Under the pieces are notes generated by a model that was given only the letters and a program-made list of their open reading frames with translations, was not told the DNA's origin and made no database searches. Position numbers and translations under genes: made by a program. A DNA stretch of 64,000 nucleotides, taken from NCBI GenBank assembly GCA_963707635.1, contig OY970173.1, positions 1,856,001 to 1,920,000 on the forward strand, given 5' to 3'. The DNA comes from Candidatus Latescibacterota bacterium (GTDB lineage Bacteria; Krumholzibacteriota; Krumholzibacteriia; WVZY01; JAKEHA01). Within the stretch, counting starts at the first letter, position 1. The number at the start of each line of letters is the position of its first letter. Below are positions 38,850 through 48,300 of this stretch, in pieces.

Positions 38850-39841
38850 TGGAATTCCGCCATCTGGGGAGATCGGGGCTGAAGGTATCGGCGTTGTCGC
38901 TGGGGGCCTGGGTCACCTACGGCGCCCAGGTGGGAGAAGACGCCGCCTACCAGTGCATGACCGCTGCGTTCGACCGCGGCGTCAACTTTTTCGACAACGC
39001 GGAAGCGTACGGCTCCGGCAACGCGGAAACCGTCATGGGGAACGTGATCCGGCGCGCCGGCTGGAAGCGTTCCGACCTCGTCGTCTCCACCAAGCTCTTC
39101 TGGGGCGGGAAAGGGCCGAACGACCGGGGCCTCTCGCGCAAGCACATCGTCGAAGGCATCCACGCGTCGCTGACGCGGCTCAAACTGGACTATGTCGACC
39201 TCCTGTTTTGCCATCGCCCGGATGTCGAGACGCCCATCGAGGAAACCGTCCGCGCGATGAACCACGTGATCGACCGCGGGATGGCCCTGTACTGGGGCAC
39301 CAGCGAATGGAGCGCGGACCAGATCATGGAGGCGGCGCTGGTCGCCTCGCGCGAGCACCTCATAGGCCCGCTCATGGAGCAGCCGCAGTACAACATGCTC
39401 CACCGCGACCGTGTCGAACGCGAATACGCGCGCCTCTACCGCGAGCTCGGCCTGGGCACGACGATTTGGAGCCCGCTGGCAAGCGGCTTGCTCACGGGAA
39501 AGTACGACGCCGGTCTTCCCGGCGGCACGCGGGCGAGCCTCCCGGGGCTCGAATGGCTGCGCGAGGAGCTGGTGGGAGCAACGTCGAAGCCGCGCCTCGA
39601 GAAGGCCAGGCAGCTGAAACCAATTGCGGACTCGCTCGGGTGCACGCGCGCGCAGCTCGCGATCGCGTGGTGCCTGAAGAACCCGAACGTGAGCTCGGTC
39701 ATCACCGGGGCGACGCGGCGCGAGCAGGTGGAGGAGAACATGGGGGCGCTCGAGGTGGCGCACGCCCTGACTCCCGCGGTGATGGAGTCGATCGAAGGCG
39801 TGCTCGGCAATGCGCCCGCGCCCGGGGAGCAATATCGATGA
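38849..39841 (+). CDS. Aldo/keto reductase (Kv-beta/Tas-like)
   Basis: [47 protein letters not shown] coupling to the upstream gene. Confidence 0.92.
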   Translation: MEFRHLGRSGLKVSALSLGAWVTYGAQVGEDAAYQCMTAAFDRGVNFFDNAEAYGSGNAETVMGNVIRRAGWKRSDLVVSTKLFWGGKGPNDRGLSRKHIVEGIHASLTRLKLDYVDLLFCHRPDVETPIEETVRAMNHVIDRGMALYWGTSEWSADQIMEAALVASREHLIGPLMEQPQYNMLHRDRVEREYARLYRELGLGTTIWSPLASGLLTGKYDAGLPGGTRASLPGLEWLREELVGATSKPRLEKARQLKPIADSLGCTRAQLAIAWCLKNPNVSSVITGATRREQVEENMGALEVAHALTPAVMESIEGVLGNAPAPGEQYR

Positions 39842-39882
39842 TGGCATGCCGCGAGAATCGGCCACCGCGCGACGCGCGGGAG

Positions 39883-39919
39883 AAAAAAAAGAATCCCGGG
39901 CGAAACCCGGGATCCTTTT
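39883..39919 (-). terminator. Intrinsic terminator (strong on minus strand, possibly bidirectional)
   Basis: ATCCCGGG-CGAAA-CCCGGGAT hairpin with A8 on the left (U8 on minus strand) and TTTT on the right. Confidence 0.8.
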
Positions 39920-39953
39920 CAAGCGCTCAAGAATTGAACGCCATAGTGCAGGG
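39883..39953 (-). ncRNA. Candidate ~70-nt small RNA
   Basis: TTGCCC (39988-39983)-N17-TAGAGT (39965-39960) promoter pointing into the U8 terminator, with only a 5-codon ORF between. Confidence 0.4.
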
Positions 39954-40056
39954 AGCGTTACTCTAGCACGGCGGGTGGGGGTGGGCAAGCGGGATTTTGG
40001 ATGGCGTGTTTATCTTTCTATGGTAGAATAAGTTAAGCGTCCGCCCAACGCTTGGT

Positions 40057-40086
40057 TTGACACTGGAAAACGGCGTGTGCTAATTA
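40057..40086 (+). promoter_or_regulatory. Putative sucA promoter
   Basis: TTGACA at 40057 with TAATT about 18 nt downstream; an extended -10 TGGTAGAAT also lies at 40021. Confidence 0.4.
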
Positions 40087-40226
40087 TCCTCGGCCGGCGC
40101 ACCGACGAAACGGCGCGCCGCGCACGGCTGCCGGCGTCGCAGAGACGAGCCGCCAGCCGTTTTCGTGTCCGGCGAGACCGCCATGCGGCGCCGGGCGAGT
40201 CGCCTTTGAAACAGGTTTTGATCTGA

Positions 40227-42728
40227 ATGAAAACTACCCGACCGATGAACGTGCAACCCGCCACGATCGTGACGCCGGCGAGCCTTCCGGACCCGCTGGC
40301 GGATGCATTCCGCCGCTGGGGCTATCTTCTCTGCGACCTCGACCCGCTGGACCGAATGCCGCCGTACGAGCATCCCGACATCACGGATGCCGTCGCGGTT
40401 GCCGGCGAGAACGAAGCGCGGAGGTGGCGGGAGATCTACGGCGGCCCGATCGGCTTCGAGTTCATGCACATGCCGGAACGCGATCGCGTCGAGTGGATGC
40501 GCGACGCCGTCGAAGCGGGCCCGCCCGCGACCGATTCGCGCTGGATTCTCTCGCGCCTGATGGAAACCGAGTTGTTCGAGAAGTTCCTCCACTTGAAGTA
40601 CGTGGGGAGCAAACGCTTTTCGGTCGAGGGCGTGGCGGCGATGATCCCGCTGCTCGACTCGGTGCTGGATGCGTCCGCGGAATTGGGAACCGAGTACCTG
40701 TACATGGCGATGAGCCATCGCGGGCGCCTCAACGTGATGAAGAGCATCGTCAACATTCCGGTGGAGGACATTTTCGCGGGCATCGAGGACGTCGACCCCC
40801 GGAGTGTGCTGGGCAGCGGCGACGTCAAGTATCACATTGGCGCCACCGGCCGCTACCGCACCCATTCGGGGCGCGACATCGAGGTGCATCTCTCGTCGAA
40901 TCCGAGCCACCTGGAGGCCGTCGACAGCGTGATCATGGGGCGCACGCGCGCCCGCCAGGAGCGCTGGGGCGTCACCGGCGCCGACCGCATACTCCCCGTC
41001 ACCCTGCACGGAGACGCCGCATTCGCGGGGCAGGGGATCACGTCGGAGACCCTGAACCTGGCCAACCTCGCGCACTACTCGGTGGGCGGGACGATCCACG
41101 TGATCGTCAACAACTTCATCGGATTCACCGCCGAACCGGCAGTGCTACACAGCGCGCGCTTTTCGTCGGAGGCGGCCAAGCGCGTATCGATGCCGATCAT
41201 CCACGTGAACGCGGAGGAGCTCGACGCGGTGTGGTGGGCGGGGAGGCTCGCCGCCGCGTACCGGAACCGGTTCAAGAGCGACGTCGTGATCGATCTGATC
41301 GGATTCCGCCGCTACGGTCACAGCGAGGTCGAGGATCCGACCATCACGCAGCCGCTCCTCTACGAGCGAATCGCCAGGCACCCGCTGGCGTGGGAGGTCT
41401 ACGCGGAGCGCCTCGAGCTGGACGCGGCGGCCGTCGCTGCCATGAAACAGGAAGCGACCGCGGGGCTGACCGAGGGCCAGGAGAAGGGCCGGGCCCACCA
41501 GCAGCGCCCCGTGTTCTGGAAGCTCCCCGAGTTCTGGGGCCACTACCAGGGCGGGCCCTACGACCCGAGCTTCGAAGTGCCCACGGCGGTCGACGCCGAG
41601 CGGTTGCGCGACGTCGCCGCGCGCATCACGGCCGTGCCTCCCGGGTTTGCGCCGCACCCGAAGATGTCGAAGCTGCTCCTCCAGCGCGCCGACATGGCGG
41701 CGGGGAATCGCAAGGTGGACTGGGGGATGGCGGAGGCGCTGGCCTTCGGCACGCTGGTCACGGAGGGCGTGCGTGTGCGCCTCACGGGACAGGATTCGCG
41801 CCGCGGCACGTTCAACCATCGCCACGCCGCGCTGATCGACGTGAAGACGGGCCGGGACTATCTGCCGCTCGAGCACGTCGCGGACGGGCAGGCGTCGTTC
41901 GTGGCCGTGGACACGCCGCTTTCGGAAGCGGGCGCGATGGGGTTCGAGTACGGCTACAGCCGCGAGTTTCCGGATGCGCTGGTGCTCTGGGAGGCGCAGT
42001 TCGGCGACTTCGCCAACGGCGCGCAGATCATCATCGACCAGTTCGTGTGCGCCGGCGAAGACAAGTGGAATCTGCTCACCGGGCTCGTGCTGCTCCTGCC
42101 GCACGGGCACGAGGGGCAGGGGCCCGAGCACTCGAGCGCGCGCATCGAGCGCTTCCTGCAAGTGGCGGCGCAGGACAGCATCCAGGTCTGTCAGCCATCG
42201 ACGGCGGGGAACTATTTCCACCTCCTGCGCCGGCAGGCGCTTCGCTCCTGGCGCAAACCCCTGGTCGTGTTCACGCCGAAGAGCGTGCTGCGAGCCGAGT
42301 CGGCCGGCTCCGACGTGTCCGAGCTCGCCACCGGCTCCTTCCGCCCGGTGCTCGGCGACTCCGAAGCGTCGAACGTGCGCGCGATCCTGATTTGCTCGGG
42401 CAAGATCGCGCACGAGCTGCGCGCCGAACGGGCCGCGCAGGGAGCCATGGACCGGGCCATCGTGACGGTGGAGCAGCTGTATCCGTTCCCGTCGGCGGCT
42501 CTGGCGGAAGCTCTCGGTCAATTCCCCGAAACCGCGAAGATCGTGTGGGTCCAGGAAGAGCCCGCGAACATGGGCGCCCTGGGCTACATCCGCCCCCTGC
42601 TCAAGTCGGTCGCCGGCGTCCGCCACGTGACCAGCATCAAGCGCTACGAGAGCGCCAGCCCCGCCACGGGGTCCGCGAAGGCGCACGCGCTGGAGCAGAA
42701 AGCACTCATCAAACTGGCGTTTGCTTGA
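40227..42728 (+). CDS. sucA: 2-oxoglutarate dehydrogenase E1 component (compact form)
   Basis: KRFSVEG, M.HRGRLN, GDVKYH.G, NPSHLE, HGDAAFAGQG, RRYGH.E, WEAQFGDF.NGAQ, GPEHSSAR.ERFLQ. Confidence 0.95.
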   Translation: MKTTRPMNVQPATIVTPASLPDPLADAFRRWGYLLCDLDPLDRMPPYEHPDITDAVAVAGENEARRWREIYGGPIGFEFMHMPERDRVEWMRDAVEAGPPATDSRWILSRLMETELFEKFLHLKYVGSKRFSVEGVAAMIPLLDSVLDASAELGTEYLYMAMSHRGRLNVMKSIVNIPVEDIFAGIEDVDPRSVLGSGDVKYHIGATGRYRTHSGRDIEVHLSSNPSHLEAVDSVIMGRTRARQERWGVTGADRILPVTLHGDAAFAGQGITSETLNLANLAHYSVGGTIHVIVNNFIGFTAEPAVLHSARFSSEAAKRVSMPIIHVNAEELDAVWWAGRLAAAYRNRFKSDVVIDLIGFRRYGHSEVEDPTITQPLLYERIARHPLAWEVYAERLELDAAAVAAMKQEATAGLTEGQEKGRAHQQRPVFWKLPEFWGHYQGGPYDPSFEVPTAVDAERLRDVAARITAVPPGFAPHPKMSKLLLQRADMAAGNRKVDWGMAEALAFGTLVTEGVRVRLTGQDSRRGTFNHRHAALIDVKTGRDYLPLEHVADGQASFVAVDTPLSEAGAMGFEYGYSREFPDALVLWEAQFGDFANGAQIIIDQFVCAGEDKWNLLTGLVLLLPHGHEGQGPEHSSARIERFLQVAAQDSIQVCQPSTAGNYFHLLRRQALRSWRKPLVVFTPKSVLRAESAGSDVSELATGSFRPVLGDSEASNVRAILICSGKIAHELRAERAAQGAMDRAIVTVEQLYPFPSAALAEALGQFPETAKIVWVQEEPANMGALGYIRPLLKSVAGVRHVTSIKRYESASPATGSAKAHALEQKALIKLAFA

Positions 42729-42920
42729 GCGTGGTGCCCATCGGGCACCGGACTCCGCCGCGCGGGTTTCGACCCCGTCCTTCGACGTCCTCTTGGTTCC
42801 TCATCGCACCTCGGTGTGACGGAAAAACATTCCTCCTGCCGGCGTTTCTCCTGTTCCGCGATTGTGTATCGTTCTTGCTCTGCCCGCTGCGATTAACTGC
42901 GGTCTGGGAGACCGTGTCCA

Positions 42921-44600
42921 ATGTGGATCGTGCCGTTCAACAGGGTCCGAAAGAGTTTCTCCGCCAAGATCATCCTGCTGGTCGCGCTGAGCGTGATCGT
43001 CACGTCCTTCGTGGTCGGGCTGGCGACGACGCATAGCACCGGCCAGTTCCTCACCGAGCGGATGAAGGATCGCTTCCCGTCGACGCTCACCATCACCAGC
43101 ACACGACTGCGGCTCTGGCACGACCGCCAAATGCGCGAGCTCGCCCGGCTGGGCACGTCACGCACCCTGCAGGAGAGCCTGTTGCGCATCGCGAGCGTGG
43201 GCGACCCGAAAGCGAGCGCGCGCTACCGGGCCGACGCGGGGCAATTTCTCAAACTCGTCCATCCCAGCTACACCGTGTTCGAGGACCTGCTGGTGCTCGA
43301 CGCGCACGGAAAGCTCATTGCCTCCGCCGCGGGTGCGAGCGCCGCGGATGCGGCGGAAGCATGGGCCCAGCTCGACGAGCTGGGGCTGGAGCCCGGAGTT
43401 TCTCCTCCCATGCCGGGTACCCACGGCTTCCACCAGTGGTTCTACGTCCCTGCCGCCGATTCCACCCGCCTGACGGAAAAGCACCCGTGGATGGTGGCGC
43501 GCGTCAACCTGGCAACGATGAGCGACATTCTCGGTGAGGTCAAACTCGGCGACGGTGGAGACCTGTACCTGCTCGAGGGACAAGGACGGTTTCTGACCGA
43601 ACCTCGCCTGGCGACCGCGTGGCTGGTGGGCACGGAGGGCATGCAGGTGCCCACGCGTCAGACCGGGCCCGTGGTGGTGGAACGCCGCAAGAGCTACGGC
43701 GGGCGCGAGGTCTTTCACAGCAAGATCCATTTCGAAGAGCTTGGGTGGTGGCTGGTCTACGAAGAGGACTACAGCACCGCGATGGCGCCCGTGCTCGAGG
43801 CGCAGCGCCGCATCTGGGTATCCGTGCTCGTGGTCGGGGCGATGGCGATCCTCGCCGCGCTGCGCATCGCCCAGTCCATTCTCAAGCCGATCAAGGGGCT
43901 GGCGGTCGGTGCCAGCCGCATCAACGAGGGGCTCGTGGGCGTCAAGATTCCAAAGGGCGCCGACGACGAGATCGGCATGATGATCGACACGTTCAACGAG
44001 ATGGCGACCAAGATCTCGCTGTCGCAGGCCGAGCTCCAGTATAAGAACAAGATGCTGAATTCATCGAACGAGCGCCTGCAGGACATGAATGACCAGCTGG
44101 AAAAACTCTCGGTCACCGACGGGCTGACCGGCCTGTTCAATCATCGCCACTTCTGGAATCTCCTGAACACGGAGCTGACGCGTGTCAACCTGCACCAGGG
44201 ACACCTGGCCCTGGTGCTGCTCGATCTCGACGACTTCAAGAAGGTGAACGACAAGTTCGGTCATTCCGTGGGGGATCTGCTCCTGCAGACAGTGGGGAAC
44301 GTGTTGAGCGATACGGTGCGCGACACCGACATCGTGGCGCGTTACGGCGGCGAGGAGTTCGGCGTCCTCCTGCCGGACACCGACGAGAGCGGCGTCCAGC
44401 AGGTCGCCGAGAAGATACGCGCCTCCATCGAGGCGATCCGCTTCAGCATTCCCGACACCGACATCGTGCTCAAGGTGACCGTGAGCATCGGCGTGTCGGT
44501 GTTCCGCGGCAACCGCCGCGAGTTCTTCAACGCGGCCGACCGTGCGCTGTACAAGTCGAAAGCCGCCGGCAAGAACTGCGTCCACTACGCGCTCACGTAG
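42921..44600 (+). CDS. Membrane diguanylate cyclase (Cache-like sensor, HAMP, GGDEF)
   Basis: Two TM helices flanking an extracytoplasmic domain; DEIG...FN.M HAMP; DGLTGLFN, DLDDFK, RDTD (I-site-like), RYGGEEF. Confidence 0.92.
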   Translation: MWIVPFNRVRKSFSAKIILLVALSVIVTSFVVGLATTHSTGQFLTERMKDRFPSTLTITSTRLRLWHDRQMRELARLGTSRTLQESLLRIASVGDPKASARYRADAGQFLKLVHPSYTVFEDLLVLDAHGKLIASAAGASAADAAEAWAQLDELGLEPGVSPPMPGTHGFHQWFYVPAADSTRLTEKHPWMVARVNLATMSDILGEVKLGDGGDLYLLEGQGRFLTEPRLATAWLVGTEGMQVPTRQTGPVVVERRKSYGGREVFHSKIHFEELGWWLVYEEDYSTAMAPVLEAQRRIWVSVLVVGAMAILAALRIAQSILKPIKGLAVGASRINEGLVGVKIPKGADDEIGMMIDTFNEMATKISLSQAELQYKNKMLNSSNERLQDMNDQLEKLSVTDGLTGLFNHRHFWNLLNTELTRVNLHQGHLALVLLDLDDFKKVNDKFGHSVGDLLLQTVGNVLSDTVRDTDIVARYGGEEFGVLLPDTDESGVQQVAEKIRASIEAIRFSIPDTDIVLKVTVSIGVSVFRGNRREFFNAADRALYKSKAAGKNCVHYALT

Positions 44601-44624
44601 CGCCTCTTGAGCTTTTCGGATCTC

Positions 44625-44783
44625 CGCGGGTCCTGTCGCCGACAGCCCGGGGCGGCTCGCTTCGTCCGCGCCTACGCACTAGACTCGCTCGCCGCCCGGG
44701 CGCCCGTCGGCGCCACCCGCTCGTCCCACACTAACCTGCGCCTGGCCGACACGGCGTGCATCGGTCAGGCCACAGGACCCGCG
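44625..44783. repeat. Folded intergenic element with 12-bp terminal inverted repeats (REP/MITE-like or structured RNA)
   Basis: CGCGGGTCCTGT (44625-44636) / ACAGGACCCGCG (44772-44783); internal hairpins GCCCGGG..CCCGGGC and GCCTGGCCGA..TCGGTCAGGC. Confidence 0.5.
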
Positions 44784-44810
44784 TTTGGATAGGTGTCGGG
44801 AAACTCGAAA

Positions 44811-45554
44811 CTAGCGGACGACGGAGGTGTGGATCCAGCCTTCGGCGCCGGACGTCGCGCGCACGCGGTACCAGTCGCCGGAGAGGTCGAGGCAAACCAG
44901 CGTGGCCTCATGGTTGAGGCGCTCGACCACGTCGTAATTCTGACCCGGGCCGTTGCGGAGGTTGGCGGTGTCCACCACGACTGAAACCGACGCGGGGAGG
45001 ATACCGAGGCGTGCGCGACGTTCCGCGCCGCTCATCATGTGATCCGCGCGCTCGGAAAAGAAGAGCGCGGCGGTGTAGTTCTGGTCTCGTATGAGGCGTT
45101 CGGCCGTATTGATGAGGCCGAGGACGTGGGTCGCGGTCGTATCCGATGCGGAAAACAGGTGGTCGCCCTGCATTCGGTCGTACCGGATCCGGGCCTCCGC
45201 CGTCGCGGTGACCGCGGACGCCTTGCCGTAGTTGCTCGCCATCTGCTCTTCGAAGGCCACGAACTGGTTTTCGACGAGCTTGAAGTCCTCGTGCGCCCAG
45301 TTCAGTTCGTCCTGGAGTATCGCGTTGGACTGCGCGAGCCGTTCGCGTTCGCGGCGCAGCTGCTCGACTTCGGCCGTGAGTCTGTCGTTGGCCTTCTGGA
45401 GGCTCTCCGGGCTGCCGCTCGACTTGCTGCGGCTACGCCCGTGACGATCGGAACGGTCGCCCCCTTCGCCCGCCGGCACGGTTGCACAGCCCGCGGAGGC
45501 CACGATCAGGGTGGCGGCGATCAGCGCGCGAACACTTGAAGCGTGGGTGATCAT
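44811..45554 (-). CDS. Lipoprotein with coiled coil and C-terminal bacterial SH3 domain
   Basis: SAGC lipobox; heptad region; ANLRNGPG..Y...GDWYRV...G.EGWI. Confidence 0.8.
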   Translation of the reverse strand: MITHASSVRALIAATLIVASAGCATVPAGEGGDRSDRHGRSRSKSSGSPESLQKANDRLTAEVEQLRRERERLAQSNAILQDELNWAHEDFKLVENQFVAFEEQMASNYGKASAVTATAEARIRYDRMQGDHLFSASDTTATHVLGLINTAERLIRDQNYTAALFFSERADHMMSGAERRARLGILPASVSVVVDTANLRNGPGQNYDVVERLNHEATLVCLDLSGDWYRVRATSGAEGWIHTSVVR

Positions 45555-45660
45555 ACCGTCCTCTCGGTGGCAAGGGGCGTGCCACCGGTGACGCGCCGTG
45601 GTCGGGGCGCTGCGAGAACGGCCCGGGAACAACGGGAAACGATCGGGTGCGCGGGCGCCG

Positions 45661-46284
45661 CTATCGGCGGGAGTAGTGACGAACCAGGGCCTGCGAAGAG
45701 CGATGGATCGACGTAGCCGCCGCGATCTTGAACGCGTCGCCGGGCAAGAACGGGACGACGCCCACCGCGAGCGACCGTCCGAGATCGTGGGTGTAGAAGA
45801 CGGTCAGATACAGAACACCCAGCGCGAGAATCAGCACTTTGCCGACGGTAAAGGAAAACACCTGCCAGCGGATCGAATTCGAACGACGCAGCAGCGCGCC
45901 GACCACCCACGGGGTGACGAGAAAGCCCAGCAGGTACCCGCCGGTCGGACCGGTCAGGACCGAAACGCCCCCCGCACCGCCGGCAAACATCGGAAGCCCG
46001 GCGACGCCGAGACCCACGTAGAGGATCTGACTGAGCGAGCCCCACCCCGAGCCGATCGATGCGCCCGCGAGGAGAACGAACAGGGTCTGCATCGTGATGG
46101 GCACGGGCGAGATCGGGATCACGATGTTGGCCCCGACCACGGTGAGCAGGGTGAACAGGACCGACAGGGCGATGCCCACGGCGACGCGACGCGTGCCCGC
46201 GGCCGGGAGCACCCAGGCTGCGATGGGGGACGCAGTTGCCACCGCGGCGGTGCTTGAGATGGTTACGTCTCGCTTGATCGACAT
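45661..46284 (-). CDS. bioY: Biotin transporter BioY
   Basis: PVPITMQT..VLLAG, Y...G..GLP.FAGG.GG...L.GPTGGYL.GF, PFLPGD..K. Confidence 0.92.
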   Translation of the reverse strand: MSIKRDVTISSTAAVATASPIAAWVLPAAGTRRVAVGIALSVLFTLLTVVGANIVIPISPVPITMQTLFVLLAGASIGSGWGSLSQILYVGLGVAGLPMFAGGAGGVSVLTGPTGGYLLGFLVTPWVVGALLRRSNSIRWQVFSFTVGKVLILALGVLYLTVFYTHDLGRSLAVGVVPFLPGDAFKIAAATSIHRSSQALVRHYSRR

Positions 46285-46375
46285 TGGCTCACTCCATCCA
46301 GAGAGGTCCTGGCCATCGCCCCGGGACGGCGGCGGTGGCCACGGTTCCGTATGTTCGCGACGAACGGGGCCGCTG

Positions 46376-47518
46376 TCAAGGCCTATCGCCGCACCCGATG
46401 CGCGCAAGGAAATCGGCACCCGCTTCGAGCGCGGCGCCGGGCGGCGTGCCGAGCAAACGGTCGACGCGGTCGCACACCAGGTCCGCGTGCGCGAGCAGCG
46501 AATGCGAAAACCACGTGGGGTATCCGTCGTGCGCAAGCAGCCAGCCCCAGGGGGACGCGTCGCGCGGCGCCGCGAGTTCGGATACGACGAGCGCGGTGCG
46601 CCAGCCGAAGGAGCGCGCGGCGATCACGTCCGTGCGCAGATTGTCGCCGACGTAGAGAATGCGGTCCCCGGTCGCGCCGAGCCACGACTCGACGTCACGG
46701 GCGCTCCAGCCTTCCCGCACGATCGTGTCGCCGTGCGTGCCCTCCGGGACGGATCCCGTGGGGCGGCCCGGCTCGAAAAACGCGGGCTTGCCTGCGTCGA
46801 CTATGACTCCCTGGAAGAGCGATCGCCAGGCGGGCCCGATCACGTTGTCCAGAACCACCTCGGCGTAGTCGCGATGAGAGTTCGTGACGACGAAGAGACG
46901 TTTTCCCGCATCCAACCACGCGCGGAGAAGATCCTTCGCGTTTCCGGCTGCCGAGACGTAGCGACCGAGGTCGCGGGTGACGCGGCCCTTGAGCAACCCC
47001 CGGGTGTGCGCGACATCGAGCAGCCTCCGGATGTCGCCCGCCAATCCCACGAACGCGGACGAACCGTCGCGCGACGCAGCCACCCGCGGCGCCAGCTGCT
47101 CGAACAACCACGCCACCGGCGTGTCGAAGGGGGAATGGATCGCCGAGATCGTGGCGGTGGCGCCGTCCGTCCTCGCGTAGCGAGTCAGGATCTCCCGCTC
47201 GTGAAGCCATCGATGGCTTTGCCGCGCGAGGCGCACCCGCGTCCGTGCGTCCACCTTGAGGATGGCCCCGTGGCGAAGGTCGAGCGCCATGGTTCGCACC
47301 GGCGGAATCGGATCCGTCGGCATGGCGTCGAATGCGCGCGGCGAATAGCCGGCTTGCTCGATCAACAGGTCGATCGTCTCGGCCACGGCGAGCAGGTTCA
47401 GCGCGTGGTCGTCGTAGAGGGCGAGGGTGTGATCGAGGTCGAACCCCACCGCGTCGATCCTGGAAAGGTCGACCGCGCGGTTGACGTGGAGTCCGAACGT
47501 CGACACAGCGGAGTACAT
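46376..47518 (-). CDS. HAD-IG family (cN-II-like) 5'-nucleotidase
   Basis: GFDLDHTLALY, LFVVTNS, VDAGKPAFF, LYVGDNLRTDV, GWRTALVV.EL. Confidence 0.8.
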   Translation of the reverse strand: MYSAVSTFGLHVNRAVDLSRIDAVGFDLDHTLALYDDHALNLLAVAETIDLLIEQAGYSPRAFDAMPTDPIPPVRTMALDLRHGAILKVDARTRVRLARQSHRWLHEREILTRYARTDGATATISAIHSPFDTPVAWLFEQLAPRVAASRDGSSAFVGLAGDIRRLLDVAHTRGLLKGRVTRDLGRYVSAAGNAKDLLRAWLDAGKRLFVVTNSHRDYAEVVLDNVIGPAWRSLFQGVIVDAGKPAFFEPGRPTGSVPEGTHGDTIVREGWSARDVESWLGATGDRILYVGDNLRTDVIAARSFGWRTALVVSELAAPRDASPWGWLLAHDGYPTWFSHSLLAHADLVCDRVDRLLGTPPGAALEAGADFLARIGCGDRP

Positions 47519-47801
47519 GAGCAAGGAATCGTAATCCGGCGCGACACCGGCGTCAATCCGGCATCTGCCGGATCTCAAATGGGTTGCGCGGGCGGATTCG
47601 AGTTGGATGGAACCTCCGAAGCCTAACGGTGTCGCTGCGTGAAACCTTGCACAAGAAGCGATGGGGAATTACGCTTGCTTTTTAGGCATTATCGGACTAC
47701 CTATACGCTAGTAATCGGAACGCGTGACGCTAGGGGCAGAGAGGTTTGGCAGGCGGGGGAAGGTGTTCCCTGCGGCTACCGGGTGTAGTTAAGGAGTTCG
47801 C

Positions 47802-48227
47802 ATGAACCCCAAGTTTTTCACGGTCGAGGAAGCAAACGCCTTGATCGGCTTTCTCGAGAACACCCTCGAGCGCATTCGGCGCAACCGCCAGCGCTACCTG
47901 TGGTTGCTCGAGGAAGTGGCGATTCTCAAGCTCATCGTCGAGTGCGGGGCCGACCAGGCCAACCGGGATTCCGTCGAGCTCGATGAGAAGAGCCAGGAGA
48001 TCAAGGCAGTCGAAGCCGAGATCGAAAAAGCGCGCGGATCCGTTCGCGACGCCGGGTGTGTGCTGAAGGACGAGGAGAAGGGAATGGTGGATTTCTTCTC
48101 GATCCAGAACAACACCGTCGTTTATCTGTCGTGGAAAAAGGGGGAGGACTCGGTTCGGTTCTGGCGGTCCATTCGCGACGCCGACACCAACGTGAGGCGC
48201 CCCCTGGAAGGATCCCCGTCGACCTGA
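47802..48227 (+). CDS. DUF2203 family protein
   Basis: FTVEEANAL...G..LKD...G.VDF......VYL.WK.GE..V.FW; AAGGAG RBS. Confidence 0.8.
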   Translation: MNPKFFTVEEANALIGFLENTLERIRRNRQRYLWLLEEVAILKLIVECGADQANRDSVELDEKSQEIKAVEAEIEKARGSVRDAGCVLKDEEKGMVDFFSIQNNTVVYLSWKKGEDSVRFWRSIRDADTNVRRPLEGSPST

Positions 48228-48254
48228 TGCGTCGCGGGGAATCCCGGTCTCCCG

Positions 48255-48289
48255 AACGCCGTCCGGCCGCCCGGACGGCGTTTTCTTTT
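48255..48289 (+). terminator. Intrinsic terminator
   Basis: AACGCCGTCCGG-CCGC-CCGGACGGCGTT followed by TTCTTTT. Confidence 0.8.
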
Positions 48290-48300
48290 GCCGCCGGCGC

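Noticed and set aside
39919..39931. Shared 11-mer TGAGCGCTTGA between the sRNA candidate and the palindrome at 23291
   Set aside because: Too short and partly self-complementary to distinguish from chance
47520..47800. Riboswitch or ncRNA in the AT-richer divergent intergenic region
   Set aside because: Only a small hairpin near 47753-47773; explained by divergent promoters, with no recognisable family motif
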